From NCBI GenBank assembly GCA_964016885.1, contig OZ024742.1, positions 190,526,001-190,590,000 on the forward strand: 64,000 nt of DNA, read 5' to 3'. Position numbers and translations under genes: made by a program. This stretch comes from Eledone cirrhosa (Eukaryota). Shown piece after piece: positions 42,849 to 57,449 of this stretch (position 1 is its first letter; each line of letters opens with the position of its first letter). The notes under the pieces were generated by a model. It worked only from the letters and a program-made list of their open reading frames with translations, did no database searches and was not told where the DNA came from.

Positions 42849-45800
42849 CTACAGGATGGTATACAGAGAAGGCCCATTTACACGAGCCATTCTCGCCACT
42901 ATCACCCACCTTTCATGAAACTGCCTGTGGCCAAGCACCTCTCTCTCCATTCTTATCCTTCTTCCGAAGTGATATCGGAAGAAGTAGACCAGACTATGGC
43001 CAGAGAGGAAGTTGCCTGACCTCAGACCTTTCAATCGTGTCCACCAAACAACCTCTTTCAACATGGCTATTACGCACAGAAAAACCGCCTTTGCTTCCTT
43101 TGTGAAGAGGGGAGGCGGTTTGATTGTCATCACGGACTCGGCTGTCAATTTAATCGGCGCCACCCGCGACAGCAGTTGTTCGGCGTAGCCCCACAGATCA
43201 GCCACGCCCGGACATTGCACCAATGCGTGCGCCACGGTTTCTTCGTGACGCACGCATCTAGGGCAAATCTTTTTTGAGGGATCCCTGCCCGGGCGCCCGT
43301 GTCTGTAGAGCCTCTCTCGAACGGGTAGAGCCCCTCGGTAGCACTGCCAGGCCAGTGACTTCTGGAAGTTGTCCATTGGTCCTGGGCCGAAAGTCCTACC
43401 GAACAGGCTGGCCAGTTCGTCTTCTTCCATGTCCAGCGACTCTCCAAGGGTGTCATCGCCCCTGCTAGCCACCAGCCCTCTATAGAATGATGAGGTGGAT
43501 TCTCCACCGATGGCCCGGCCCGCTTGCCAGAGAGCCCTGAGCGCCTGAGCACACTCAGTGTGCCAGTCTCCCAGTTTTCCGGATCTTTGCTTGACCCAGG
43601 ACTGTAGCTCGGTGAGTGAGACGAGTCTCGGAAAGGCTCGTTTCACGAACGGAGCCCACACCGGTTGACCAGTGAGGAATACCTGTAGGTGCCGTAGCCT
43701 TAATGCGTGCCTACGCATCATCAACCACGGCATCCCCAGCCCTCCTTTCGAAGGTTGTTGGCAGCAGATGGATCTTCTCACCATAGGAGGACGCTTCTTC
43801 CAAAGAAATTGGAAGAGCATGCGTTCCATGGTGGTGAGTGTTTCCTTAGGGCAAGGCACGACAGTCAGGCGGTAGTAAGTGACGGACGCTATGTAAATGT
43901 TCGCCACCTCCGCCCGGCCTTTTAGGGACAGCTTACACTTGGCCCATTTCTGGGTTAGTGCAAACACCTTGTTCGTAACCTCGTTCCAGTTCTTTTCCAC
44001 CTGGAGGTCCGGTCCAAACCAGACCCCAAGCAACTTTACCGGGCCCTCCGTCCAGTGTCCGACGACACCGTCAGGAGGCATCGGTTTGCCTCTCCACGTT
44101 CCGAGTTGCAGCCCGATGGATTTTTCCCGGTTCAGTTTCGCTCCTGACAACCTTTCGTACTCCTCCAGTAAGGTACCGATCGCCTCGATCTCCGAGTCGG
44201 TTGATACCATTACTGTTACGTCATCGGCGTAGGCCGACACCGCTTTGCTCAATCCTGGTTCCAGGGGGATACCCTGCAACAACTCCAACTTCCTCAGTAA
44301 AGGCTCGAGAGTCAATACGTACAGAAGGGAGGAGAGAGGGCACCCCTGTCGAATGGATCGTGTGATTTCGAACGGCTTCGAAAGGTAGCCGTTCACCTTG
44401 ATCCTAGAACAGATGTGGTTGCTATGTAGGGCAGTGATCCAGCCTCTGAAAACAGGACCGAACCCAGCCGCCGCTAGCACCGCATCCAGGTAACCATGGT
44501 CGACCCTATCGAAGGCCTTAGACTGATCCAAGTTGATCAGGGCCCCACCGAAGCCGGGTTTGTTGCCAACCCTCTCTATGATGTATCGCATGAGGTGGAG
44601 GTTATCGTGAATGGACCTGGATGGGATAGCACATGTCTGCGCATCTCCCACCAGGCCACCCACGACAAGCGCCAACCTCTTTGCTAACACCTTGGCCAAA
44701 ATCTTTAACTCTGTGTTTAGCAGGGTTATGGGCCGAAAATTATTTATACTATCCCCCTTGTTCTCGTCCTTCCTCACCAGCGTGACTACGCCCTTGGCTA
44801 CAGAACAAGGAATTCTCCCGTTCTGCTGCCAATTGCAGTAGACCGCTTCGAGGAGTTCGGAGAAGAAGACCGGCATTGCTAAATAAAGTTCGTAAGGTAT
44901 ACCATCGAGACCTGGAGATTTGCGTCTGCTGCATTGGCTCAGCGCATCTCCGATCTCATCAGCCGAGATTGGTCCCTCGCAGGACTCTGCCTCTTTGCTC
45001 GAGAGACGCGGCAGGCCGTCGAGGTATGGACCGAAATCCACGCCCCGGCCCGGACCCTCGCCTCCCCCGAACAATCGGGCAAAGTGCTTTTGAAAGGCCT
45101 CGCACATCTGCTTAGGCTCCCGGATCACTCGTCCATCTTCGTCTTGCAACGACCGGATGGTGGATCGATTTCCACTTTTAGCTTCTGTCACGCGGGCCCA
45201 TCCAACGGCTTTGGCCCCCTCATTACCTAGAGCACGTATTTTACTTCGAATGACGCAGCCTTCATGCTTTGCATCGAAAAACTGGTTCAAGGCCGTCCTC
45301 GATGCCAGCACTCTGGCCACATCTTCGCTCTTGATTGCCTCTTCTAATTTACCTGTTAATTCTTTCTCGTTTCTATTCCTATTGGCAGCTAACATCTTGC
45401 TATAACTTATTGATTCTGTTCTAATCTCTCTTTTGAGAGATGCCCACCATCGGTTGTTGACGATTGCACCCGTCAACCTCTCCTTAACTAATCTGCTAAT
45501 CCGGTTTCTGTAAGTCTCTTTTGCCGGTAAAGACAAATTAAGTTTCCAGTAACCGGGACCCTGTCTATGTGTTTTCTCGAGATTGACCACGCAGGTCACT
45601 AATTTGTGATCCGTGTAGCCAACCGTGCGCATTTCTGGACAGCTTAATATGTCCCTATCCTTACTTCTAACTAAGAATCTATCTAAGTACGATCTAGATT
45701 GACCACTGTGGTTTCTCCAAGTCCAGGTAGGCACAGTTGGAAAATCTAGTCGATATCTATCGACCAAGTTAAAACGGTCGAGTAACCCCTTGAGGCTGTT

Positions 45801-46286
45801 ACACCCCCCTCTATTAGGACATGCTCCTGCATAGTCCCAACGTGCATCTAGGATGTCATTCCAATCCCCCGCTAGAAGCAGGGAACGCGACGTTCCCAGA
45901 AAAGTCTCCAAACGCTGGAAGAAGTCGGGCCGTTCAGCTCCGAAAGGGGAGTAGACGACGACCAGTCTCAAGGCCGCACTTTCACTACTGCCAACGTCTA
46001 GCACCAACAAACGACCCTCCGGGTCCGAGTGCACAACCTGTACGGCAAGACCCAGGTGTTTTTGCAGCAGCACGACAACCCCACCCCCACCTCCAGGTTG
46101 ACAGAGAGATGCATGCACCTCAAAGTCATCGAAGGTGGGGGCCAGCTGCCGCATGACGCTGATTCGAGTCTCACAGATAACCATTACATTTATACTACAT
46201 GACCTGAGGTCATTTAGAAGCTTTGCTTGCTTCCAAGTTGAGCCCAGGCCACGTGCATTCAAACATCCTACTCTTAACACATCCAT
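42849..46286 (-). CDS. ORF2p: APE endonuclease + reverse transcriptase + C-terminal CCHC finger
   Basis: 1145 aa uninterrupted: LNARGL, ICET, GDWN, SYLDRF, TDH, KSPGLDG, FRPITLLN, DQSKAFD, RQGCPLS, YADD, CPRC..ETVAHALVQC. Confidence 0.95.
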   Translation of the reverse strand: MDVLRVGCLNARGLGSTWKQAKLLNDLRSCSINVMVICETRISVMRQLAPTFDDFEVHASLCQPGGGGGVVVLLQKHLGLAVQVVHSDPEGRLLVLDVGSSESAALRLVVVYSPFGAERPDFFQRLETFLGTSRSLLLAGDWNDILDARWDYAGACPNRGGCNSLKGLLDRFNLVDRYRLDFPTVPTWTWRNHSGQSRSYLDRFLVRSKDRDILSCPEMRTVGYTDHKLVTCVVNLEKTHRQGPGYWKLNLSLPAKETYRNRISRLVKERLTGAIVNNRWWASLKREIRTESISYSKMLAANRNRNEKELTGKLEEAIKSEDVARVLASRTALNQFFDAKHEGCVIRSKIRALGNEGAKAVGWARVTEAKSGNRSTIRSLQDEDGRVIREPKQMCEAFQKHFARLFGGGEGPGRGVDFGPYLDGLPRLSSKEAESCEGPISADEIGDALSQCSRRKSPGLDGIPYELYLAMPVFFSELLEAVYCNWQQNGRIPCSVAKGVVTLVRKDENKGDSINNFRPITLLNTELKILAKVLAKRLALVVGGLVGDAQTCAIPSRSIHDNLHLMRYIIERVGNKPGFGGALINLDQSKAFDRVDHGYLDAVLAAAGFGPVFRGWITALHSNHICSRIKVNGYLSKPFEITRSIRQGCPLSSLLYVLTLEPLLRKLELLQGIPLEPGLSKAVSAYADDVTVMVSTDSEIEAIGTLLEEYERLSGAKLNREKSIGLQLGTWRGKPMPPDGVVGHWTEGPVKLLGVWFGPDLQVEKNWNEVTNKVFALTQKWAKCKLSLKGRAEVANIYIASVTYYRLTVVPCPKETLTTMERMLFQFLWKKRPPMVRRSICCQQPSKGGLGMPWLMMRRHALRLRHLQVFLTGQPVWAPFVKRAFPRLVSLTELQSWVKQRSGKLGDWHTECAQALRALWQAGRAIGGESTSSFYRGLVASRGDDTLGESLDMEEDELASLFGRTFGPGPMDNFQKSLAWQCYRGALPVRERLYRHGRPGRDPSKKICPRCVRHEETVAHALVQCPGVADLWGYAEQLLSRVAPIKLTAESVMTIKPPPLFTKEAKAVFLCVIAMLKEVVWWTRLKGLRSGNFLSGHSLVYFFRYHFGRRIRMEREVLGHRQFHERWVIVARMARVNGPSLYTIL

Positions 46287-46319
46287 GTGGGCGGCAGAGC
46301 CAAAGGAGAGTGTAGAGAC

Positions 46320-48201
46320 CTACCTTTCCGCTTCCCGGGGTTCGGGTTGCACGACTTCCATGGGGTCGGGGGTGTTGGGTGAAGGGGTGTCTTGTGGTGG
46401 TGTGGGGTCGTCGGTGTGTGGTGGGGTTGGGGTGTTTGGAGTTGTGTTGGGGAGGGGAAGGGGAGGGGGAAAGCTTTTTAGTAGGACGCGGTTTATGGGT
46501 TTGACAGAGGGTGGTCCTACGTCCTCCTTAAAATCCTTTTTTAGTTTTTGGTAGAGGTTCATTGGGATTTTTATTAGTTTTAAATGTGGGTGGTTTTCTG
46601 ATGAAACAAAGTTTACACCTTCGGTTTGTACCGAAGGATTATTGTATATGAGTTCATTTAATTTATTATTGTTTCTGTTGATGTAAGTATAGTGTAATGT
46701 CTTTTTTTCCGATGGTGTGAGTGTTTCGAAGAGGGGAGGGGCAGGTTTGGTTTTGTTTGTTGCTGGAGGGGTGTTTTCTGTTTTGTTAGATTGTGTTGCG
46801 ATTTGGGTGGGGGTTGTTTGTCCTTGTGTGTTTTGCACATGTTTTCTTTTTTTCCTTTTAATCTGTCTGAAGGACTCCGTTTCTTCCTCCGAATTCGTTG
46901 GGTTATCTTCAGTGTTGGAGGGAAGAGGTATGTTTGCTGGTAATGTTTCCGTGTTGGTTTTCTTTGTGGGGGAGATGGATGTCACTATGTTAGACTGTGT
47001 TGTGTGTTGTGTCTGCGGTGGTTGTGTTGTTTTATTGAGTGAGAGGTTGGGTGGGCCTGTATTTTGTTTTGGGGTAATGTGTTGTGACTGTTTGTGTTGT
47101 GGTGGTGTTGTGGTGTTACTGAGGGACGGGTTGGGTGGGACTGAGTTTTGTTGTTTGTTTATCTGTTGTGGTGGTGGTGGTGGAGCTGGTGTTGGTAGCA
47201 GGGTTTTCTTTTTGTTGAGTTGGGGACAAGCGGCCTTCAGGTGCCCTCTGCCTGCACAGATATGGCAGGACGGCCTTCTCCCCTCCACGCTAATGTTTAT
47301 ATACCCGTGGTCCTCTAATAGGATTCTGTCGGGTATTTGGGCGATACGTTCAGGCTTCATTTGTACTACCAGCTCTATACCTGTTCCACTGAACGCATTG
47401 CCTGTGGTTTTCCCAATGGAAATCACGTTGTCATTCACTGGATCGATGACGCCAGCTATGAGCCAGCAGTAGTCCACATCTGGCATCATTGCATCCAGCC
47501 ATATGCGTTGAGTTTTTTTCCCCATATAAGATGGATAAAAGGTGAAATTTTTCGAACGAATCGGTGACAAAGCACATTTTTTTGCCGCCGATTCGTTCTT
47601 CATGATAATTGCTAGGCTTCCATACAGTCTGTCTTTTCTTATGAAAGTTGTTTCATTCAGTACTTCTGCGAGTACTGTTTTGATATCTGCTTGAGAAGGC
47701 TGTTCAGGTTTTTTTGTACTGTTGTTGATGGTCCGAAACTTGACCGTTCGGCTTTCAATGTCTTTCGTGAATTCTTGAGGCATTTTTACCAATAAAATAC
47801 CATTCTCACCTTCACTTATGTATTGTTTTGCGTCCGTGATCCTTCGTACCACATCTGAAATGTTTTCCGCTATATAAGTCAAAGATTTCTTTGTTTTCTG
47901 TGCAAAAGAAATCTTGTCGTCTGCTTTGTTTTCTGATATTATGTTATTTTCAACTGTTATTTTTTTTGTTTGTTGTGTCTTTGTTTGTGTTATTAGTATT
48001 GTCATGCAATTTTTCAAATTTTTTTTTTTCGTTGTTTTCGTCATTTAATTTTTTTTCCTCCGCAGATTCGTCCGTTTTTATTTTCATTTTTCCTTCCTTC
48101 TCTATGACGTTAGTTGGGAAGGAAGGGAGGACTAAAGCGTGCGAGCTTACAACTCTTACCGCTGTCCCCCCACCACTATTTTCGTTCGCTGCGTTTAACA
48201 T
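46320..48201 (-). CDS. ORF1p, gag-like with zinc knuckle (frameshift in A-runs at about 47960-48030)
   Basis: CHICAGRGHLKAAC (CX2CX4HX4C), Pro/Thr-rich C-terminus. The ATG at 48201 lies in another frame, joined through poly-A runs. Confidence 0.85.
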
Positions 48202-48458
48202 TTCTGTTAGACGATTGAAATTTTTTACACAAAATTTTTTAAAACAGGTTTTTCACCTCTAGGAGGGGTAAAGATGAGCTGACCCACCGCCTGACAGTTC
48301 AGACGGAGGGTCAAGCTACACAATTGTATCAAAATTAAGTTTGAACTCACAAAATTTCCTCAATAAATTTGAACAAAACTTCTGTGCGAAGTGAATGACA
48401 TCCACACTGTAGAACAGACGACAGCTAGATTCAATATATAGATAGATAGATAGATAGA

Positions 48459-49672
<1,214 letters not shown>

Positions 49673-49698
49673 GATATATATATAAATATAAATAAAAT

Positions 49699-49765
<67 letters not shown>

Positions 49766-49789
49766 TTATATATATATAATCTTATTCCC

Positions 49790-51895
49790 AGAGATAGGAA
49801 AATCCTTATGTGACGAAAAACTAAGCTCTCAAACCAGTTGAATGCACAACAAGAAATCAAAAACAAGAAGGAATCCTATTTGAAACGTGCACTATTTGAC
49901 ACCGAACATTGCACTCAAACATTCCCATGAAAATGAGAGGGCAAAGAAAGAAAGCAACGCCATAGAAAATATTAAAACAAACCCTAAGGCATTCTTTAAA
50001 TTTGCAAAAGAAACTGCCTCAGTACACTGCAAGATTGGGCCACTCTTCCATACAGACGGTTCATTAACCGAGAATCCCCAAGAGATAAGTGAAAAACTGA
50101 CCGAACAGTACAAAAGTGTGTTCACATGTCCACTGAGGCACATGCAAATAACAAAGCCAGAGGAGTTCTTTGATGCCACAACACTACATGAAGAAATGGC
50201 GGCCATCAACCACATAGACATAACGGATGAGGATGTGGTATACGCCATAGATGAAATTAGAACAGACTCAGCTGCTGGACCTGATGTATTCCCAGCAGTC
50301 CTCTTAAAATCATGTAAGCGGGCCTTAGCAACTCCACTGAAGACGCTCTTCAGAAGCTCCTTGGCTAGCGGTATACTACCCATGGAGCTGAAAGAAGGCA
50401 CAATATGCCCTATCCATAAAGGCGGTAGCAGAGCGGAGGCCAAAAACTATAGGCCAGTCTCCCTGACGTCACATATCAGTAAGGTCACGGAGCGAGTCAT
50501 CAGAAAGAAACTGATCACTTTCCTCGAGGAAAATGACCGCCTGACTAGCACGCAGCATGGCTTTCGCCCAGAAAGAAGCTGCCTTACACACCTGCTACAC
50601 CACTACGACTGGGTACTGAAACAACTGCTAGACAGCTCACATGTGGACATGATATATCTTGACTTTGCGAAGGCCTTTGACAAGATCGACCACGGATTGA
50701 TATGTCACAAACTACACGGACTCGGCATAACTGTAAAAGTAGAGGAGTGGCTACACGACTTCTTAAAGGACAGAAGCCAGACAGTCGCAGTAAACGGGGC
50801 CCTCTCAAAGGAAACATCAAGTGTGGTGCCCCAAGGCACAGTCCTGGGACCACTACTGTTGGTGGCTCTCTCAGACATGCCCTCTGTAGTACATACAACA
50901 TCCCTCACTAGCTATGCTGATGATACTAGGGTAGCACAGGCAATCAAAAACCCGGCTGACGCTGCCCTTTTACAACAAGATCTGGATGCCATATACAAAT
51001 GGGCGGAAGACAACAACATGCAGTTTAATGCTGGCAAATTCCAAGCCCTACAATACAAACCTGCAAACACAAATACAGTACAAAACAGTTACGCAGAACC
51101 AGGAGGGACCGATATCCCCGTATCAAAATCGATACGAGACCTGGGTATAGACATGAGCGATGATGCATGTTTTTCCTCACACATCATGAAAGTGGCGACA
51201 ATGTGCAGACGACTCGTTGGCTGGATCTTGAGGACTTTCCGGACAAGAGACCGAGACACCATGTTGACACTATGGAGGACATTTGTCCTAAGCCGCCTGG
51301 ATAATTGTTCCCAGTTGTGGTCACCTCATCGTGTGAAACTAACCACGGAGCTTGAGGCAATCCAGCGAAACTACACCAAGAGGATTGCCAAGATGAAGGA
51401 GATAAGCTACTGGGAGAGGCTAAAAGAAAAACCTCTACTCCTTGGAACGAAGACGGGAGAGATACGCAGTGACATACTTGTGGAAAATCCTGGAGGGACT
51501 AACACCAAACATTGGCATTGGGAGCTGGACCAACCGTCGAACAGGACGTCACTGTGTGGTGCCAAAGTTCCCGTCTTCCACATCTAGAATAAGGAGCAGA
51601 TATTGCAATAGCCTGGGGTTCAAGGGTCTTCAACTCATCAACAAGTTGCCGAGGGATCTGAGAGTTCTGCATGGTGTGGATGTGGATGTCTTCAAGAAAC
51701 ATCTCGACACCTTGCTATCCAGGATCCCGGATGAGCCCACAGCAAGGCACCAGGGAAACCTAAGGGCAGCAGCAACAAACTCCCTCTTGCACCCAGTGGC
51801 CAACCAATACAGGCTGGACATAAGATGTGTAGCAACAGGGGCGGTGCCCCAGTATGGCCTCAGCCGGATGGCTGGAACAGATAAAAAAGTAAAAG
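49790..51895 (+). mobile_element. 5'-truncated CR1/L2-group LINE (RT ORF2 remnant)
   Basis: ORF 49887-51587: SAAGPD, NYRPVSLTS, QHGFR, YLDFAKAFD, VPQGTVLGP, YADD, RDLGI. Frameshifted tail LERRRERY..IPDEP. Small deletions present. Confidence 0.9.
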
Positions 51896-51903
51896 AGATA
51901 TGC

Positions 51904-51998
<95 letters not shown>

Positions 51999-52021
51999 TG
52001 TATAATAAACAATACAATATA

Positions 52022-52560
52022 ATTACCTCATTACCAGAGGTTTCCCGAATAAGACGATTACGAAAGAAACGTCCTCATTCGTTCGTCGGACAAGGCAATA
52101 TCTTTTCCTTATTCTGCTAGCCAGAGCTGTTGTGAATCTTTTTTCCGGGTGTCGAAAGGATGCGACATGTGAGTAATAACGCGTTTTGAATTTGTCTTGT
52201 GTCATACCCACATATCGTTCACTGGTGGCTGGATGGTTGTTGCTGATGGTTGTCACTTTAGCCGTATATACAATGGCTTTGGTGTTACATTTACCTTGTA
52301 ATGGGCATTCACTTTTGACTCTACAGGAGCAATTTTGATGTTCTCTAGGTGATTTTTTGTTGATGATATAAGATTTAATAGGGGGACCGCAGGAGTAGCT
52401 AATTTTGACACAGTTTCTATTAAAGATCTTATAGTATCTATGTGTTCTAGGGAAATGTTTATCTAAGAGCTCTAGGAATTTTTTGCCTACATTAGTTTTA
52501 ACTGCTAGAGAGTAGGGGGTGTGAACCAGATTATTTTTCTTTTCCTATTTTTATGTTTAA
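52022..52560 (-). mobile_element. PLE GIY-YIG fragment
   Basis: CSCR..CPLQGKCNTKAIVYTAKV..YVGMTQDKFKTRYYSH. Homologous to 24700-25170. Confidence 0.85.
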
Positions 52561-53123
52561 AAGAGTTAGATTATTAGGAAGAAAAATATTTTTTTTTCCC
52601 TTTTTATTTCTTTCTCTCTTTTTTCTGGGTTAGAAAATGATTAAAACGAAATATTTTACTTTGTGTGAAGTGTTAAGGTATTAATTGATTTATTTATTAA
52701 TTAACAATGTCATTTATTTATTTATTTATATACTTAATAATTGTCTATTACCGGTTTCAGCATTTTTATGGTTTCATATGATTACAGTTCCTCAGAGAAA
52801 TAACAACACAACCAGAAGTTGGACATATCGATGTATTGACGGAGTAAAACACACTTCAACCATGTGTACCTCTCTTTCCCACACCAATTCGGACTGCCTG
52901 AAGAGGTCACAGCCAATGATGGCTGTCACCGAAATATATATAGCAGTATATCTATAATTTATAATAAACGAAGCCAAATTTTACATATTTGAGTTAATTA
53001 TTTTACATTACTCCGCAGTAAACAAACCAGCTTGCATACTTCGTTGAGTACTCCAATCTGCATACTGAGGTGTCGGTAAACAACCACCAGCATATACTAA
53101 ATACACACACACACACACACGCA

Positions 53124-53262
<139 letters not shown>

Positions 53263-53739
53263 TTTTATATATATCTTTTTATATTTACATTTATGTACGA
53301 ACACACACACAGGCGTATGTGGCTTTGATTCTACATACAAATGACTTATCTACAAGTATTTGATATATATAATTATATATTTGAATATATTAATGCAATT
53401 TACTCACAACTATTCATTACCACACAGAAGGACATTGAAGTTCATTCCCACCCATCGCAAATAATATATGTAGAACATATATCCGTCGGTTTTGAGGTGC
53501 AGTGCTCCAGTTGTCTGACCAACAGGACATCATGTTCATAAATTTAACCTACTCGACAGACATGCCAGCTCTTAATGTGTAATTCTAAGCCAGATTCGAT
53601 GTGAGACTGTGTGCCAAGGCGGGCTTCCAAACAGCTTCCGTCTACTGACTTTCTCTTACAAAATAAGAGTCTACTCAAGGTACCTGATGATTAGAAAGGG
53701 AACTTTTAACCACTCAAACTTGATGTGTCAACATTCGCA

Positions 53740-54600
53740 AACATCAACAATAACAGCACAAATAGCAGCGGCTTAACAAACAGCAGAGCCAATGACAACA
53801 GAGACACTAAAAGCAGCTGTACCAAGAAAAATAGCAACAATAACAATATCAACAACAACCACACCCCCAATAACAGCTCCAGACCAAGAATAGTGGTGCT
53901 AACAACAACAGCACCACCTGGAGTAAAAGGAAAAACACCACCAGCAACATCGACAGGTACAACAACAGCGTCACAAACAGCAGAATTAACTGCAGTAACA
54001 AAATCAACAAAAATAACATCAACAACAGGGACAACAACAACAGCCTCACCAACAGCAGCATTAACTGCAGTAACAAAAACAACAACAGTAGCATCATCAA
54101 CAACAACCGCAACAGCAACAAAAGGAACAACAATAGCGTCATCAACAGCAGCATCAGCAGCAGTAGCAAAAACAACAACAGTATTATCATCAGGAACAAC
54201 AACAACAGCAACAACAGGAACATCAACAGCGTCACCAGCAACAGCATCAACAGCAGTAACAAAAAACAATACCAGCAACAACAGGAAGAACAACAGCGTC
54301 ACCACCAGCAGCAACAACAGCAGTAACAAAAACAACAAGGGTGTCACACAACAGCAGCAGCCACAATAGCAACAACAGTAACAACAACAGCGTCACAACA
54401 GCAACATTAACTGCAGTAACAAAAACAACAACAGCGTCGCCAACATCATCATCATCAACAATAACAGCACGAAACGCAATAGCACGAACAGCAGTAAAAT
54501 TAACAATGACATCAGCAACATCCGCATCAGGAGGAAAATGAACAACTGCAGTATCAGCAACAGTAATAACAAGAAAGTTAATAACACTAACAACAATAGC
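53740..54600 (+). repeat. (CAA/CAG)-rich minisatellite
   Basis: Recurrent CAGCATTAACTGCAGTAACAAAAACAACAACA units. Confidence 0.85.
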
Positions 54601-55481
54601 ATTGATAATGATTCAATAATCCATAAAATAAGGATTCCAACGAAAATGCGTCATTTTTATTGGTGAACTTCGAATGATTACATAAATATATAAGGTGTAT
54701 ATCAGAAGAATAGTCTATCAATAAGGAAATCTTACGACAATACTCCGTAGTATTTAGAAGAAGAAATATCGGGGGGAAATGGTGAAAATAGAATATGTGA
54801 CTATTGGTAAACTCGTAACAAATCTTCCAATGTATTATTGGATTAGGATTTTCCAATACCAAAATACACGATTTCTTCTTCTTCTTCTTCTTTTTCTTTT
54901 TCTTTTTCTTTTTCTTCTCGCCACCCCCCCCCCCTTCTTCTTCTTCTTCTTCTTCTTCTTCTTCTTCTTCTTCTTCTTCTTCTTCTTCTTCTTCTTCTTC
55001 TTCTTCTTCTTCTTCTTCTTCTTCTTCGCCCTCGTCACCCTCGTGTCACCATTCTGACAATCAACGTTAAGTACTATAAAATTCCTCCACCATCTCTTCC
55101 ACCTCCTTCACCTCTTCCTGCTTGCTGATATATGTTACAAATGAACACTAATCCCAATCGAACCCTTATTGCAATACACCTAAATGAATCGTCAGCATGT
55201 GGTGTTTGCATAATGGCTGAACAATAACAGCCACCCTCCCTCTTCTCATATCGCCTCACTTTCATCTCTTGGGTCACGATTTCGTGTGAGGCAATCATAC
55301 GGTCACACGGACCTTACTTGCTTGCTAGAATTAAAACGACCCCCTTCATACTGTATATGTATGTGTTGTTTGCTTCGTTATTTCTGTTTACCTTTTGTAT
55401 ATATATATATATATATAAATGAATATATATATATATATATATATATACATACACACACACACATATATATATATATATATG

Positions 55482-55553
<72 letters not shown>

Positions 55554-55599
55554 ATTATATATATGTATGTATATATAAGTGTGTTTAGATATATATATG

Positions 55600-55646
<47 letters not shown>

Positions 55647-55689
55647 GTATATATATATGCATATATATATATACATGTATATATATATG

Positions 55690-55720
<31 letters not shown>

Positions 55721-55753
55721 GTATATATATATATGCATATATATATATACATG

Positions 55754-55800
<47 letters not shown>

Positions 55801-55841
55801 GTATATATATATGCATATATATATACATGTATATATATATG

Positions 55842-56014
<173 letters not shown>

Positions 56015-56021
56015 CATATAT

Positions 56022-56075
<54 letters not shown>

Positions 56076-56090
56076 TAATATAATATACCC

Positions 56091-56141
56091 AGATTCCTGA
56101 TGATTTCTAATGAATGAAACAGTTCTAGTCCTGTAGAATCT
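56091..56141 (+). ncRNA. Type I hammerhead ribozyme motif, isolated within (TA)n
   Basis: AGATTC-CTGATGA-T-TTC taat GAA-T-GAAA-CAG ttctagtc CTG-TA-GAATCT. Confidence 0.8.
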
Positions 56142-56184
56142 CATCTATATAATACATATATATATATATATATATAATATATAT

Positions 56185-56216
<32 letters not shown>

Positions 56217-56312
56217 ATACATATATATATATATATATAATACATATATATATATATATATAATACATATATATATATATATATATAATACATATATATA
56301 TATATATATATA

Positions 56313-56354
<42 letters not shown>

Positions 56355-56355
56355 C

Positions 56356-56407
<52 letters not shown>

Positions 56408-56449
56408 ATACATATATATATATATATATATAATACATATATATATATG

Positions 56450-56497
<48 letters not shown>

Positions 56498-57029
56498 CAT
56501 ATATATATATATAATACATATATATATATATATATAGATATATATATATATAATATGAAGGATGCGAATTTCAATATAAAGTTACGCTAACTCTTATCTG
56601 CTAACGTTCGTGGCAGTCACGCCACTCATGTAGAATAATTCCCAGGCTGAAGTGATATACATATATATACATACATTTACACCCACACACACACAAAGAT
56701 ACATATACACACATATATATATATATATATTTATATATACAATGGCGTGACTTCCACGAACGAAAACAGTGTGCAATTAAATCTACACCAGGATAATCGA
56801 CGAAACGTTTTAAGTTAATGACATCTCAAAGTTAGAAGAGAATCATGCCTGTTTTTAATAAGCAGCGCCAAGGGCAGGAACAGAGAGAGAGGGGGGGGGG
56901 ATAGAGATAGATAGAGAGAGAGAGAGAGAGATAGTGAAATAGAGGTAGAGTTATACACACACACACATATCTCTAAATCTCTCTATATATACTTAAAAAA
57001 ATCTATCTATCTATCCATCTCTCTCTCTC

Positions 57030-57155
<126 letters not shown>

Positions 57156-57449
57156 TTGGGAATGGGGAAGTGAAGAATTATAGGCTATAAATAAATGCAC
57201 AAAACTATCTCTACTTCATCAAGCAAGCTAAATAACGCATTGCTATGGATTTCTAAAGATATACGTAGGAATGGATGCACAGTGACCTGACGACAGGATT
57301 GCTGGGATATCTGGACATTATGATAATACGTGTATAACACAATGACAACGTACGTTAAATTATTCCATATTATAGTTGGTCTCTACTACTACTACTACCA
57401 CTACTACAAAAAATATACTTGTGTGTATATATATAAATATACATTTCAG

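Larger units (their letters stand above)
42635..48432 (-). mobile_element. Full-length Tx1/L1-clade non-LTR retrotransposon
   Basis: 5' UTR, ORF1, ORF2 and a short 3' UTR ending AATAAAGAA. Both flanks carry ATATATAGATAGATAGATAGAT (putative TSD). Confidence 0.92.

Noticed and set aside
43274-47567. Plus-strand ORFs overlapping the LINE
   Set aside because: They are antisense shadows of ORF1/ORF2.
53725-54369. Mucin-like Thr/Ala-rich 214-aa ORF
   Set aside because: It is a CAA/CAG minisatellite open in several frames, and the repeat register shifts frame at about 54370. A coding exon cannot be supported without RNA data.
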